Shown one piece after another: positions 40,092 to 49,993 of a DNA stretch of 64,000 nucleotides. Position 1 is the stretch's first letter; the number at the start of each line of letters is the position of its first letter. The notes beneath the pieces were generated by a model. That model made no database searches. It was not told the origin of the DNA and worked only from the letters and a program-made list of their open reading frames with translations. The translations under genes and the position numbers were made by a program. The DNA is from an uncultured Candidatus Solibacter sp. (GTDB taxonomy: Bacteria; Acidobacteriota; Terriglobia; Bryobacterales; Bryobacteraceae). Where the stretch lies: positions 3,185 through 67,184 of the forward strand of contig CAZSBK010000005.1 of assembly GCA_964604945.1 (NCBI GenBank). Direction: 5' to 3'.

Positions 40092-41543
40092 CTATTCCTT
40101 GGCGGCCACCGCCTGTTGCAGGTGGCTCTTCCGCCGGCTGTATCCAAAGTAGATGACCATGCCGATCGCCAGCCACACGAACAGCCGTATCCAGTTGTCC
40201 ACGCCCAGCCCGAACATCAGCGCCAGGTTCGCCAGTATACCCAGAATCGGCACCAGCGGGACAAGCGGCGTTTTGAACGGCCTTGGTAGATGCGGGTGTG
40301 TCTTGCGCATGACGAGGATGCCGATGCAGACCAGCGTGAATGCAAACAGTGTGCCGATCGACGTCATGTGGCCGACGAACTGGATCGGCGCGAACGCCGC
40401 GAAGATCCCGACGAAGGCCATGAAAAGCAGGTTGCTCCGCCACGGGGTCCTGAATTTCGGGTGGATATCACTGAACAGCCGCGGCAGCAGCCCATCGCGC
40501 GACATCGAATAGAACACCCGGCTTTGCCCCAGCAGCATCACCAGAATCACCGACGTGTAGCCGGCGATGATGGCCAGCTTGATCGCCGTCTTCAACCACT
40601 GGTAAGGCGTCTGGTCGATTGCCACCGCCACCGGCGCGGCGTTGTCCAGATCCTTGAAGTTCACGATACCCGTCAGCACGTGGGCAAACAGCACGTAGAG
40701 AATCGTGCAAACCACCAGCGAACCGATGATGCCGATCGGCATATCCCGCTGCGGCTTCTTCGCCTCCTGCGCCGCCGTTGACACCGCGTCGAAGCCGATG
40801 AAGGCGAAAAACACCACGCCGGCGGCCCGCAATATGCCGCTGAAGCCGAACTCACCGCTCACACCCGTATTCTTCGGAATGTAGGGAACGTAGTTGGCCG
40901 AGTTGATGAAGCCCCAGCCGACGACGATGAACAGCACCACCACCGACACCTTCAGCGCCACGATCAGAGCGTTGAATCGCGCCGATTCCTGGATGCCGAT
41001 TATCAGAACCGATGAGACCGCCATCACGATGAGGATCGCCGGGATGTTGATGATCCCGTGAACCACGTCACCGTTCTCCAGCTTCAACTCCTGGAACGGC
41101 GAGTTGATGTACTGAAGCGGCAGATAGATCCCGAAGTCCTTCAACAGCGATGCGACATAGCCCGACCAACTCACCGCTACCGTCGCCGCCCCCACCGCGT
41201 ATTCCAGCACCAGATCCCATCCAATGATCCATGCCAGCAGTTCGCCCATCGTCGCGTATGAATACGTGTACGCGCTCCCGGCGATCGGAATCATCGTCGC
41301 GAATTCGCTGTAGCATAGCCCGGCGAATGCGCACGCGACCGATGCCAGTATGAACGACAACGTCACTGCGGGGCCGGCATGGTTCGCTGCCGCGATGCCG
41401 GTGAGCGAGAACAGGCCCGCGCCGATGATCGCCCCGATCCCCAGCGCAACCAGTTGCACCGGACCCAGCGTTCGTTTCAGTCCGTGCTCGACTTCCGATT
41501 CGGCCTTGATCTGCTCGACCGATTTGGTCGCGAAGAGATTCAT
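40092..41543 (-). CDS. APC-superfamily amino acid permease
   Basis: 483 aa. LKRTLGPVQLVALGIGAIIGAGLF and 12-TM pattern. Confidence 0.85.
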   Translation of the reverse strand: MNLFATKSVEQIKAESEVEHGLKRTLGPVQLVALGIGAIIGAGLFSLTGIAAANHAGPAVTLSFILASVACAFAGLCYSEFATMIPIAGSAYTYSYATMGELLAWIIGWDLVLEYAVGAATVAVSWSGYVASLLKDFGIYLPLQYINSPFQELKLENGDVVHGIINIPAILIVMAVSSVLIIGIQESARFNALIVALKVSVVVLFIVVGWGFINSANYVPYIPKNTGVSGEFGFSGILRAAGVVFFAFIGFDAVSTAAQEAKKPQRDMPIGIIGSLVVCTILYVLFAHVLTGIVNFKDLDNAAPVAVAIDQTPYQWLKTAIKLAIIAGYTSVILVMLLGQSRVFYSMSRDGLLPRLFSDIHPKFRTPWRSNLLFMAFVGIFAAFAPIQFVGHMTSIGTLFAFTLVCIGILVMRKTHPHLPRPFKTPLVPLVPILGILANLALMFGLGVDNWIRLFVWLAIGMVIYFGYSRRKSHLQQAVAAKE

Positions 41544-41546
41544 CAG

Positions 41547-42947
41547 CTATGCCTCTTTCTTCTTCAACAACGTCCAGCCCCAGTACACCGGGATACCCGT
41601 CAGCACCAACAGCAGTCCGGGCCACGTATAGCTCGGCTTGTACAGCAGCAATAGAACTTCGATCACCGACGCCGCAACGATATAAAGAGCCGGCAGCACC
41701 GGGTATCCGATCGCCCTGTAAGGCCTTTCCATCTCCGGCCGCGTGCGGCGCAGCACGAACAGTCCGGCAATGGTCAGGACGTAGAAAAGCAAAACAGCGA
41801 AGATAACATAATCGAGCAGGTCGCTGTAGGTTCCGCTCAGCGTCAGCGCACAGCCCCACGCGCATTGCACCCACAATGACGTGACCGGCACGTGTGTTTT
41901 CGGGTCCACACGCCCGCAGGCTTTGAAGAACAGTCCGTCCCGCGCCATCGCGTAGTAGACTCTCGAACCCGTCATCACCAGCCCGTTCACGCAGCCGAAC
42001 GTCGACACCAGCACCGCCAGCGCCATCATCCAAGTGGCCGAACCGCCGAACATCACCGTCATCACCGCCGTCGCCACCCTGTCTTCCGGCGCGTTCTGAA
42101 TCGCGCTCAAAGGCAGCGCCGACAGATACACCAGGTTGCACAGCAGGTAGATCACGCTCACCACGCCCACGCCCAGGGCCAGCGACAACGGCAGGTCGCG
42201 CTTCGGATTCCGGATCTCGCCGGCGGTGAACGTGACGCTGTGCCACGCGTCGGACGAAAACAGCGATCCCACCATCGCCAGGCCCACCATCTTCACCGCC
42301 GCCCAACTCCATTCCGCCCCGCCCCAGAAGTTGCCGAAGTTTGCCGAAATCGCTTCCGGCCGGCGGCCCAGTGCGATCCCCAAAATGATCAGCGCGGCCA
42401 GTGCGCTGATCTTGGCGAAGGTGAAGACGTTCTGCACCATCGCCCCTTCCTTCAATCCGCGGGTGTTCACCCAGGTCAGAAACACCAGCAGCGCGATGGC
42501 CGTCGCCATCTGCGTGTTCAGGCCCACCGGGCCGATCTTGAAGATCCAGTTTCGCGCCGAGACAGCCGGGAAGAACTCGCCCAGGAACTTCGCGAACGCC
42601 ACCGCCACTGCCGCGATAGTGCCGGTCTGGATTACCGTGAACAGCGTCCAGCCGTACAGGAACCCGCTCAAGGGCCCGAACGCCTCCCGCAGGTAGACAT
42701 ACATTCCGCCCGCCTTCGGCATCGCGGCAGCCAGTTCGCCATAGCTCAGCGCGGCAATGGTGGTCAGCACCGCGGTCACCACCCAGGTCAGCATCAGCAG
42801 GGCAGGGGACCCGGTCTGCCGCGCGATATCGGCCGACACGATAAATACGCCCGACCCGATCATCGACCCCATCACCAGCGTGGTGGCATCCATGAGGCCA
42901 AGCCCCTTGACCAGCCCGCCCGTGCTTACTTGGTTGCTTGAATCCAT
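41547..42947 (-). CDS. APC-superfamily amino acid permease (second, divergent paralogue)
   Basis: 466 aa. LGLMDATTLVMGSMIGSGVF and 12-TM pattern. Separated from the next permease by TAG plus 3 nt. Confidence 0.85.
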   Translation of the reverse strand: MDSSNQVSTGGLVKGLGLMDATTLVMGSMIGSGVFIVSADIARQTGSPALLMLTWVVTAVLTTIAALSYGELAAAMPKAGGMYVYLREAFGPLSGFLYGWTLFTVIQTGTIAAVAVAFAKFLGEFFPAVSARNWIFKIGPVGLNTQMATAIALLVFLTWVNTRGLKEGAMVQNVFTFAKISALAALIILGIALGRRPEAISANFGNFWGGAEWSWAAVKMVGLAMVGSLFSSDAWHSVTFTAGEIRNPKRDLPLSLALGVGVVSVIYLLCNLVYLSALPLSAIQNAPEDRVATAVMTVMFGGSATWMMALAVLVSTFGCVNGLVMTGSRVYYAMARDGLFFKACGRVDPKTHVPVTSLWVQCAWGCALTLSGTYSDLLDYVIFAVLLFYVLTIAGLFVLRRTRPEMERPYRAIGYPVLPALYIVAASVIEVLLLLYKPSYTWPGLLLVLTGIPVYWGWTLLKKKEA

Positions 42948-43552
42948 GCTCTGATCCGCTCACGCACCGTGGCTTCCGTCATCGCTTCAGGGGCCAGATC
43001 GCCGATCACGGCCACCGAATCCGCCCCGGCATCAAGGACCGCCGCTGCGCTTTCCACCGTGCTCCCTCCAATGGCTACCAATGGCAGATGCGTCAACGCC
43101 CTTGCCCTTTTCACACCGTCCAACCCGACCACCGGATCGGGATTCTCCTTCGTCCCTGTCGTAAAGACTGGGCCGATGGCGAGGTAATCGACAGGTTCTT
43201 GCGCGGCACGCTCGGCCTGCGCTTCATTGTGCGTAGAGAGGCCCGTCAGCGCCGCCGGAGCCACCTTGCGCGCCAGCGCCGGGGGCAAATCATCCTGGCC
43301 CAGATGAAGGCCCGCGCCGAGCAACGCCGCCACGTCGGCCCGGTCATTGATGATGCAAATCGCGCCGCCTTCAGCGCACCGCGACCGGATCTGTTCCATC
43401 GCTTGATACACCAGGCGCGTCAACGCGCCTTTGTGGCGGATCTGTAGGATGCGTGCGCCTTCCTCGATCAACAGCCCGGCAAACCGCGGAGCGCCGAAAC
43501 CCCGCCTGTCAAGCAGGCCCATGTCAACGATTGGGTAGAACCGCGGAAGCAA
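42926..43552 (-). CDS. thiE: Thiamine-phosphate synthase
   Basis: YPIVD...ILQIRHKG...IINDRADVA...GLHLGQDDL...STHN...DYLAIGPVFTTGTK...LVAIGG. TTG start. Confidence 0.8.
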   Translation of the reverse strand: MLPRFYPIVDMGLLDRRGFGAPRFAGLLIEEGARILQIRHKGALTRLVYQAMEQIRSRCAEGGAICIINDRADVAALLGAGLHLGQDDLPPALARKVAPAALTGLSTHNEAQAERAAQEPVDYLAIGPVFTTGTKENPDPVVGLDGVKRARALTHLPLVAIGGSTVESAAAVLDAGADSVAVIGDLAPEAMTEATVRERIRAWIQATK

Positions 43553-43644
43553 TCAGACTATGATACGCGATCTCCACGCGGCACAGCCCATCCGGCTGGT
43601 TTGGGGCGGGCGTGCGGCCGGTGACGCAGCGTAACCAGGGCGCA

Positions 43645-44235
43645 TCACTCGCGCACCCACCACTTGCCGGCTTCGGGCGCCCGGTAGTCGAGCATCCTGG
43701 TCAGCAGCGCGGCCGGGTCTGTGCCGACGTGGATCATTCCGCGGTGGGCGGGATGAATGAATCCGTCCGCGACGGCGCGGTCGCAGAACGCGAGCAACCC
43801 GTCAAAATAGCCGCTGACGTTGAGCAGTCCGATCGGCTTGCTGTGAAACTTGAGTTGGCCCCAGGTGAGGATCTCGAAAAGCTCGTCCAGGGTGCCGAAG
43901 CCGCCGGGCAAGGCGAGGAAACCGCCCGCAAGTTCCGCCATCAGTGCCTTGCGGTCGTGCATGGACTCGACGATGTGCTGCTCTGTCAGGCCGGGGTGGG
44001 CTACTTCCTTTTCGACAAGCGCTCGCGGGATGATGCCGACCGCGTGCCCGCCGCAGGCCAGCACCGTGTCCGCCACGACGCCCATCAGTCCGACCTTCGC
44101 GCCGCCATAGACGAGGCCAAGGCCGAGCGAGGTGAGCGCCTGGGCTGTGGCGCGGGCGGCGTCGAAATACTCGGCGCGGGCGCGCGAACTGGAACCGCAG
44201 TAGACACAGATGGAGGTGATGGGCGCCGGAGACAT
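43645..44235 (-). CDS. LOG-family (TIGR00730) nucleotide phosphoribohydrolase
   Basis: ICVYCGSS...LVYGGAKVGLMG...ALPGGFGTLDELFEILTWGQLKFHSKPIGLLN. Confidence 0.85.
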   Translation of the reverse strand: MSPAPITSICVYCGSSSRARAEYFDAARATAQALTSLGLGLVYGGAKVGLMGVVADTVLACGGHAVGIIPRALVEKEVAHPGLTEQHIVESMHDRKALMAELAGGFLALPGGFGTLDELFEILTWGQLKFHSKPIGLLNVSGYFDGLLAFCDRAVADGFIHPAHRGMIHVGTDPAALLTRMLDYRAPEAGKWWVRE

Positions 44236-44354
44236 ACCTCTAAAATACTGGGATTCGGAACGGGAGGGGCCTGACCGATGGGATTGCATCGCTCAGGCCC
44301 CAGTGTTTCGCGGGCGCCGATCGCAACGGTTTGCGCCCGGCGCCGCTTTTTGCC

Positions 44355-45425
44355 TTAGGAGAGGTACTCCTTGGCGTTCATCGGGTTGGAGAGCAACACC
44401 TTCTGCTCGGGCAACGAGGTCCGCAGCATCTCGAGTTCATCCGCTCCGGCAGTCAGCGGCAGGGCGACCTGCCCCCTGCCCGCAACTGAACGGCAGAGCG
44501 CCATCATGATCTCCAGCCCCTGGTAGGCGCTGTCGAAGTTGCACTCGTGGACACGCGCATCGTCGTCCAGCCAATCGGCCATCTGCTGGATGTAGGGCGG
44601 CATGTCCAGGTCATAGTTCATGCAGCCTTCACCCGACTGGACGCCGTTCTTGGTCACCGCACGCCAGCCGCCGCCGGTCAGCACTTCGGCGTAGCCGTCG
44701 GTGCCCTGGGCGCCGATGCGGCACTTGCGCCACCAGTAATCGACTTCGGGCACATCCGGCGCGCCGGCGCCGCATTCGACGATGCCGCGTACGCCGTTGG
44801 CGAATTGGATGAAGCCGCCGATATAGTCCGGCGATGGATGGGCGTCGGCCATCTTCCCGCGTCCGGCCGCCTGGGCCATTACCCATTCGGCCGCGGCTTC
44901 GCCGTTGTACCAGCGCATGTAATCGATCAGGTGCGAGATCATGTGCATCATCCAGCCGCTGGCTGTGCCGTAGACGGTATGGATGCGGCCCAAGGCCCCG
45001 CTCGCGATCACGTCCTTCACCGCCCGGTAGTGGCTCCCGTAACGGTGTTGATGGCTCACGACGACCTTGACGCCGCTGGACTCCACCAACCGCTTGACCT
45101 CGAATCCCACAGCGCTTGTCAGCGCCACGGGTTTCTCCATGGCGATCAGCCGCGCTCCGCTCTCGATGCCAATCCTGATCAACGGCGTGCGCACGTTGGC
45201 CATGGTGCAGAAACAGAACACATCCGGTTTAAGGTCGCGGGCCACCTGGGCGGCATCGGTCCCTTTCACCGCGACGCCCAGTTTGGCGGCCGCGGCGTCC
45301 AGGCGCGCCTGATCGATGTCGCAGATGCCAACGACCTCAAAGCGGCCGTTGGCCTGGAACGCGGCGGCATGGTGCATACCGCGTTTGCCCATGCCCGCCA
45401 CGACAACTCTGTACTTCTTCTCCAT
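44355..45425 (-). CDS. Gfo/Idh/MocA-family NAD(P)-dependent oxidoreductase
   Basis: YRVVVAGMGKRGMHHA Rossmann start, MEKPVA motif, 356 aa. Confidence 0.85.
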   Translation of the reverse strand: MEKKYRVVVAGMGKRGMHHAAAFQANGRFEVVGICDIDQARLDAAAAKLGVAVKGTDAAQVARDLKPDVFCFCTMANVRTPLIRIGIESGARLIAMEKPVALTSAVGFEVKRLVESSGVKVVVSHQHRYGSHYRAVKDVIASGALGRIHTVYGTASGWMMHMISHLIDYMRWYNGEAAAEWVMAQAAGRGKMADAHPSPDYIGGFIQFANGVRGIVECGAGAPDVPEVDYWWRKCRIGAQGTDGYAEVLTGGGWRAVTKNGVQSGEGCMNYDLDMPPYIQQMADWLDDDARVHECNFDSAYQGLEIMMALCRSVAGRGQVALPLTAGADELEMLRTSLPEQKVLLSNPMNAKEYLS

Positions 45426-45428
45426 GGA

Positions 45429-46553
45429 CTATTCCGCCTTGGCGTCCCACTCGAGGACTTTTTCGATTGTGAAGTCGATCTGAGCCTCGGCCAGTTCGGG
45501 GAACATCGGCAGCGAGATGCAGCAAGCGGCATTGCGTTCGGAGTTCGGAATCGGACCCGCGATGCGCGCTTCCTTGCCCCACGGATAGCCTTCCTGCTGA
45601 TGAATGGCGATCGGGTAGTGGCACTTGGCGTCGATGCCGGCTTCGTTCAGGAAGTTCAGCAACTGGTCGCGCTGCGCGGCCTTGCTGGTCTCGATGACAT
45701 AGAGGTGGAAGATATGGCGGTATCCGGGCACGACGTAGGGCAGCGTGAGCGTCTTGGCGCCGGCCAGTCCGGCCGTGTAGCGGGCGGCCCATACGCGGCG
45801 CTGGTCGTTCCAGGAGTCGATGTGCTTCAACTTGGCGCTGAGCACGGCGGCATGGATGTCGTCCAGGCGGCTGTTGAAGCCATAGCTGTGGCAGGAACAC
45901 TTTTCCGATCCGTGGTTGCGCAGACGGCGGACGGCGCGGTCAACCTGTTCGTTGTTGCTCACAACGGCCCCGCCGTCGCCAAAGGTGCCGAGGTTCTTCT
46001 GGATGATGAAACTGGTGCATGCGGCGTCGCTCAACTCGCCGATCTTGAAGCCGTCGCCAGCGGCGCCGAACGCCTGCGCGTTGTCCTCGATCACGAAGAG
46101 TTTGTGCTTGTCGGCAATCTTGCGAATGGCCTTCATGTCGGCGCACTGCCCGTAAAGGTGAACCGGCACAATCGCCTTGGTCTTCGGCGTGATGGCGGCC
46201 TCGATCAGTGACGGGTCGATGCAGTTGGTCTTCGGGTCGGAGTCCACGAAGACGGCCGTCGCGCCGGCGACCCACATTGCTTCCGCTGTAGCGAAGAACG
46301 TGTTCGTCGTGGTGATGCACTCGTCGCCGGGCCCGATGCCGAGCGCCATGAACGACAGCCACAGCGCGTCGGTCCCATTGCCGACACCGATGGCGTATCT
46401 TGTTCCGTGATAGGCCGCCAGCTCTTGCTCGAAGCGCTTGAGCATCGGCCCCATCACGTATTGTCCGCTTTCGAGGACCTCTTTTATGTTGGCGTCGATC
46501 TCGGCCTTGATGTTCTGGTATTGCTTTACATGTCCGTAGAATGGCACTTGCAT
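45429..46553 (-). CDS. DegT/DnrJ/EryC1/StrS-family PLP-dependent sugar aminotransferase
   Basis: YVMGPMLKRFEQELAAYHG...GVGNGTDAL...SFIIQKNLG (PLP Lys)...LPMFPEL. 3 nt from the downstream oxidoreductase gene (a WbpB/WbpE-like pairing). Confidence 0.9.
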   Translation of the reverse strand: MQVPFYGHVKQYQNIKAEIDANIKEVLESGQYVMGPMLKRFEQELAAYHGTRYAIGVGNGTDALWLSFMALGIGPGDECITTTNTFFATAEAMWVAGATAVFVDSDPKTNCIDPSLIEAAITPKTKAIVPVHLYGQCADMKAIRKIADKHKLFVIEDNAQAFGAAGDGFKIGELSDAACTSFIIQKNLGTFGDGGAVVSNNEQVDRAVRRLRNHGSEKCSCHSYGFNSRLDDIHAAVLSAKLKHIDSWNDQRRVWAARYTAGLAGAKTLTLPYVVPGYRHIFHLYVIETSKAAQRDQLLNFLNEAGIDAKCHYPIAIHQQEGYPWGKEARIAGPIPNSERNAACCISLPMFPELAEAQIDFTIEKVLEWDAKAE

Positions 46554-46648
46554 GATGCAGGTCTCCTTTTAATGTGCTTCAGTATACATTACCGCCCCTA
46601 ATGATGCTTGCGGCGGTTCTTTGCGGTCGCCCTGGCGAGCGCGCCGGG

Positions 46649-47068
46649 CTATCGTACCCCGAGGATGTTGGCGCTCTTGCGGAAGTCCGATTGCGGGACG
46701 GCGATGAGCGCACCAAACCGGCCGCCGCCCGCGCTGAGCGCGTGCAGTGAGGTCACGTTGATGCCCGCCTCGGCCAGCCGGCACATCAACTCTGCGATCG
46801 CACCCGGCCGGTCTTCGCCCTTGACCATGAAGCCCTTCAGCTTGGGTCCAAGTTTCAGGCCGGCTTTCTTGCTGGCAGCGGCGAGACCGGGCGCTTTCTG
46901 GTCCAGGATGAGAACGATCTCGGCGCTCCAGCCGGTCTTCCAGTAGCCGAGGAACCCGGTCAGGTTCGTCCCCGCCTCTTTGAGCACGGAGAGGATCCGT
47001 GCGCCCTCTCCTGCGTGATGAGGGATCGCGGCGAAACAGTATTCAACGACGGAGATTTCGTCTGGCAT
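46649..47068 (-). CDS. ACT-like small-molecule-binding domain protein (hypothetical)
   Basis: Two beta-alpha-beta-beta-alpha-beta-like halves ([21 protein letters not shown]; [23 protein letters not shown]). The start is either 47086 or 47068. Confidence 0.5.
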   Translation of the reverse strand: MPDEISVVEYCFAAIPHHAGEGARILSVLKEAGTNLTGFLGYWKTGWSAEIVLILDQKAPGLAAASKKAGLKLGPKLKGFMVKGEDRPGAIAELMCRLAEAGINVTSLHALSAGGGRFGALIAVPQSDFRKSANILGVR

Positions 47069-47817
47069 TCTGATACTCCTCTCCAAGGTTGCGGCATGAA
47101 AACCGCGGGGCGACGTGGACCGCTGGTGCCTGCTTCCGGATGACGGTAATGTTTTCGATTAGATCACAGTTGGCCAGGGCTTGGCGGCCGCTGGCGCCGC
47201 AAGGCACGCGCAGTGCCGCAAGAGGAACTCGCGGAGCTGATGTCGGCGGCGCACTCGGTGATCGTGCGGCTGGATGGAGAGCGGGTAAGCGAGGCCATCG
47301 ACGCAAGCTCTGGAGCGGCTGGCGGCGGCGACGGGGACTCGGATGAGGATCGAGTTTGAACCTCGGGGTCGAGGTAGCAATGAGGGCTAGCTAACACCCT
47401 TCCTTTGAATCCGGGAACTCCGGGGCCCAATGCAACCTGACTCGTCCCAGACGGAATCGCCGTGGGATTCCGGGGTCCACGAGGAATCCACAATTAAGCC
47501 GTGCTTCAGAAGGCACTGACCAGAACCGACTACGGGTGGGGTGTGCCCTTGATGCCACGGCATGGAGTGAGATGGGCCTTGCGATGCACACGCGTGGGGA
47601 ACGTGGCTTTACGGTCAATATCCTGTCAAAAGCCAGCGGTAGAGTCGCTCAAACCGCTGTATGATATGGTCGATTGGGTTGCAGCGATGAGAATTGGATG
47701 GAAATCGCAAGTGCGACAGGTCAGGCCTCCCCGGCCAGCGGTCGCCCGGCTGCCATTCCTGGCGCTATTCCGGCGCAGGCTACGAGGGTAGATGGCGCAC
47801 TTGGTGGAGATAGACAC

Positions 47818-49269
47818 ATGCAAACGCTTCGACTGATAGGGCAGGCAGCGGTGCTCGCTCTGGCGCTACACCTGGTGCCGTTGTTATCTGCATCACCTCC
47901 CAAGCTCTCACCGGATGTCAAGAATGCACTCGATCAAGCTGCCACCCTGAGAGTCGAACTTGCAGCCGATTTACTGTTCGGGATCATCGATTCAGGGAGA
48001 GTCCCAAAGGACACCGGTCTTGAGTATCTTGAGCGCCTGTTTTACAGGGCATCTGAAGCGCAACGCAGCTACCCGATGATCTCTGTGCCAAGACGGGACC
48101 GTGAAACCAAGGCCAGCGAGTTTCCACAGTTTTTGTCTCAGATGGCTGTCACACGTCACGACATACGACTGCGGGCCGTTCTTCGGATGGCTGTTTTGGA
48201 TAAGAAAAGAGCGCGCCAGCTATTAATCGGGCTTCTCAACGACGCTCCGTCAATTGCAGCTAATTGTGGACAAAATGCAATTCCAGTCTATTCTAATAAT
48301 TTCTACCAACGACTTCTGCCGGCGTTTGTCGAAGACTTCAATGACATAGTTCAGAATGTCTCAACGCCCCAGCAGGCAGCCGCATTGATTGAGTCGCTTC
48401 AGGTTTTAAAGAACGTCACCGATACTGACATGATGTCAACGGTATCTTCAATAGCTGGCGTACTTGAAGCGGCGGCTGTCTCGGACCGTACGTTCAGTTC
48501 GACCGAACTTCAATTGAAGCTGGGCGCGAATCTTGAGCGATTGATCGGCAGTGGCACGGTACCACCGGGTGCGGAAAGCAGGCTGGTGAAGGCCTGGATC
48601 GACTATGTAGTCCGGCACCTGGGCCGGGAGCGGTGCTCTGACGTCCGGACGCCGGCCAACGAAGATGCACTGATCAAAGTGACGGTTAGCTTGGCTAATC
48701 GTTTGGCCGAGAAGCATCAACTCCCGCAAGTGGACACTTCGCGCATAGAAATGCGATACTCTGGGCTGCGGCCTGAGATTCCTGCGGGAGGCGACCTTGA
48801 AAAAGAAGCTCCTAATCTCATTGCGCTTGTCAGAAAATTGTCGGAAGGCGGTTCGCCAGATGTGGCAGCTCGATTTGCCACTGAATTACAGGAATACACA
48901 TCAAAGGGTCTGCGACCCGGTGCCTCAGCCTTCGACATCGCTGGCCGAGCAGGGATGCTTATGGCGTTGGTTACAATGTTCGAGGACGAGTACGTCACGG
49001 AATTAGCCGTCAAAGAGTTATTCCGCGTTTTGGAACATCCCAGGCTCATGGAGCTTGACGCAACAGCATGGATGGTTGTCGCACGCACTGTTTTCAACAT
49101 ATCGAAGCACCCGCGGGCTTCACTAGCTCAAATGGTGGCCAGCCGAATCGCCGCATCTGCTGATCCGACATTGATCTCTTATTACTCAGTGAGCCGTTTT
49201 ATCGGCACGCCGCAGGAGTACATCAAGGATGCCTTTTCGTCTCCGCGTGAGATGATGACGAAGTACTAG
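47818..49269 (+). CDS. Orphan secreted alpha-helical protein (483 aa) in a lower-GC segment
   Basis: Start at MQTLRLIGQAAVLALALHLVPLLSA (signal-like). No recognisable motif. Hand-counted lines inside the gene are 38-53% GC, against about 63% for a neighbouring gene. Confidence 0.6.
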   Translation: MQTLRLIGQAAVLALALHLVPLLSASPPKLSPDVKNALDQAATLRVELAADLLFGIIDSGRVPKDTGLEYLERLFYRASEAQRSYPMISVPRRDRETKASEFPQFLSQMAVTRHDIRLRAVLRMAVLDKKRARQLLIGLLNDAPSIAANCGQNAIPVYSNNFYQRLLPAFVEDFNDIVQNVSTPQQAAALIESLQVLKNVTDTDMMSTVSSIAGVLEAAAVSDRTFSSTELQLKLGANLERLIGSGTVPPGAESRLVKAWIDYVVRHLGRERCSDVRTPANEDALIKVTVSLANRLAEKHQLPQVDTSRIEMRYSGLRPEIPAGGDLEKEAPNLIALVRKLSEGGSPDVAARFATELQEYTSKGLRPGASAFDIAGRAGMLMALVTMFEDEYVTELAVKELFRVLEHPRLMELDATAWMVVARTVFNISKHPRASLAQMVASRIAASADPTLISYYSVSRFIGTPQEYIKDAFSSPREMMTKY

Positions 49270-49295
49270 GGTGTCGGGTTTCCTGGATTAGGAAA

Positions 49296-49317
49296 GACCC
49301 GCTCTCTGCGTTCGCGG
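49296..49317 (-). repeat. Dispersed 22-nt repeat, copy 1 (reverse orientation)
   Basis: GACCCGCTCTCTGCGTTCGCGG is the reverse complement of CCGCGAACGCAGAGAGCGGGTC, which is found at 63892-63913 and, for 21 of 22 nt, at 63771-63791. Confidence 0.7.
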
Positions 49318-49351
49318 TTGATCAGGTGATGATGCGGCTCCGGGCCTTTGT

Positions 49352-49993
49352 TCAAAAGTCGATCGCCGCCAGCAGTTCGCTCGGTTTGGCGTCGAAGGCG
49401 CGAGCGATGGCCAGCAGGCTTTCCATCGACGGCAGGTTCGCTCCGCGTTCGATTGACGACAATTGCGAAACGGACAGTTTCGCCGCTTCGGCCAGATCCT
49501 TCAATGACCAGTCGCGTTCGGCGCGTAGCATCCTGATGCGGTGGCCGAGCCGTTCGCGAAGCTGATCCTGCGGCGATTTGCCGAGCGAGTAGGTTTCGAT
49601 GGCGTTCGAGAGGACCTGTCGGAGTTGGGCGATGGAGAAGGGTTTGGCGATGTAGTCAAAAACCTTCATTTTGAAGGTCGCGCGCATGTCCTCGAGCGAC
49701 GGGTAGCCGGTGACGACGATGACGCAGAGCGAGGGCCAGCGGGCGAGCAACTGCTCCAGGACCTTGTCGCCGCGGACCTTGCCCATCTTCATGTCGAGCA
49801 AGACGATGCCGGGCGGACGCTGTTCGGCGGCGGCATAGAGTTGTTCCGGCATTGAATAGGATTGGACGCTGTAACGGCCCTCGTCGATCAGAAGGTCTTC
49901 GAGGTACTGGCGGAAATCGGTGTCGTCGTCGAGGATGGCGACGTCGATCATTGAGCCCTGGGATTCGCTATGCGGGTCGGTTTTCATGTTCAT
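49352..49993 (-). CDS. Response regulator with REC domain fused to a C-terminal XRE-type HTH
   Basis: REC: IDVAILDDDTDF...IVLLDMKMG...VIVVTGY...DYIAKPF. HTH_3: LGHRIRMLRAERDWSLKDLAEAAKLSVSQLSSIERGANLPSMESLLAIARAF. ATGA overlap with the kinase gene. Confidence 0.85.
   Translation of the reverse strand: MNMKTDPHSESQGSMIDVAILDDDTDFRQYLEDLLIDEGRYSVQSYSMPEQLYAAAEQRPPGIVLLDMKMGKVRGDKVLEQLLARWPSLCVIVVTGYPSLEDMRATFKMKVFDYIAKPFSIAQLRQVLSNAIETYSLGKSPQDQLRERLGHRIRMLRAERDWSLKDLAEAAKLSVSQLSSIERGANLPSMESLLAIARAFDAKPSELLAAIDF

Noticed and set aside
41068-42963. 631-aa minus-strand ORF spanning both permease genes
   Set aside because: It is an out-of-frame overlap of two clear APC permease genes. The product is Gly/Arg/Asp-rich and not membrane-like.
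43553-43644. Possible TPP riboswitch upstream of thiE
   Set aside because: Only about 90 nt are available and they include the tail of the LOG gene region. I could not find the conserved CUGAGA / ACCUGA...CCAGCG elements.
44547-46211. 554-aa + strand ORF
   Set aside because: Antisense to the Gfo/Idh/MocA and DegT genes, both of which carry diagnostic motifs.
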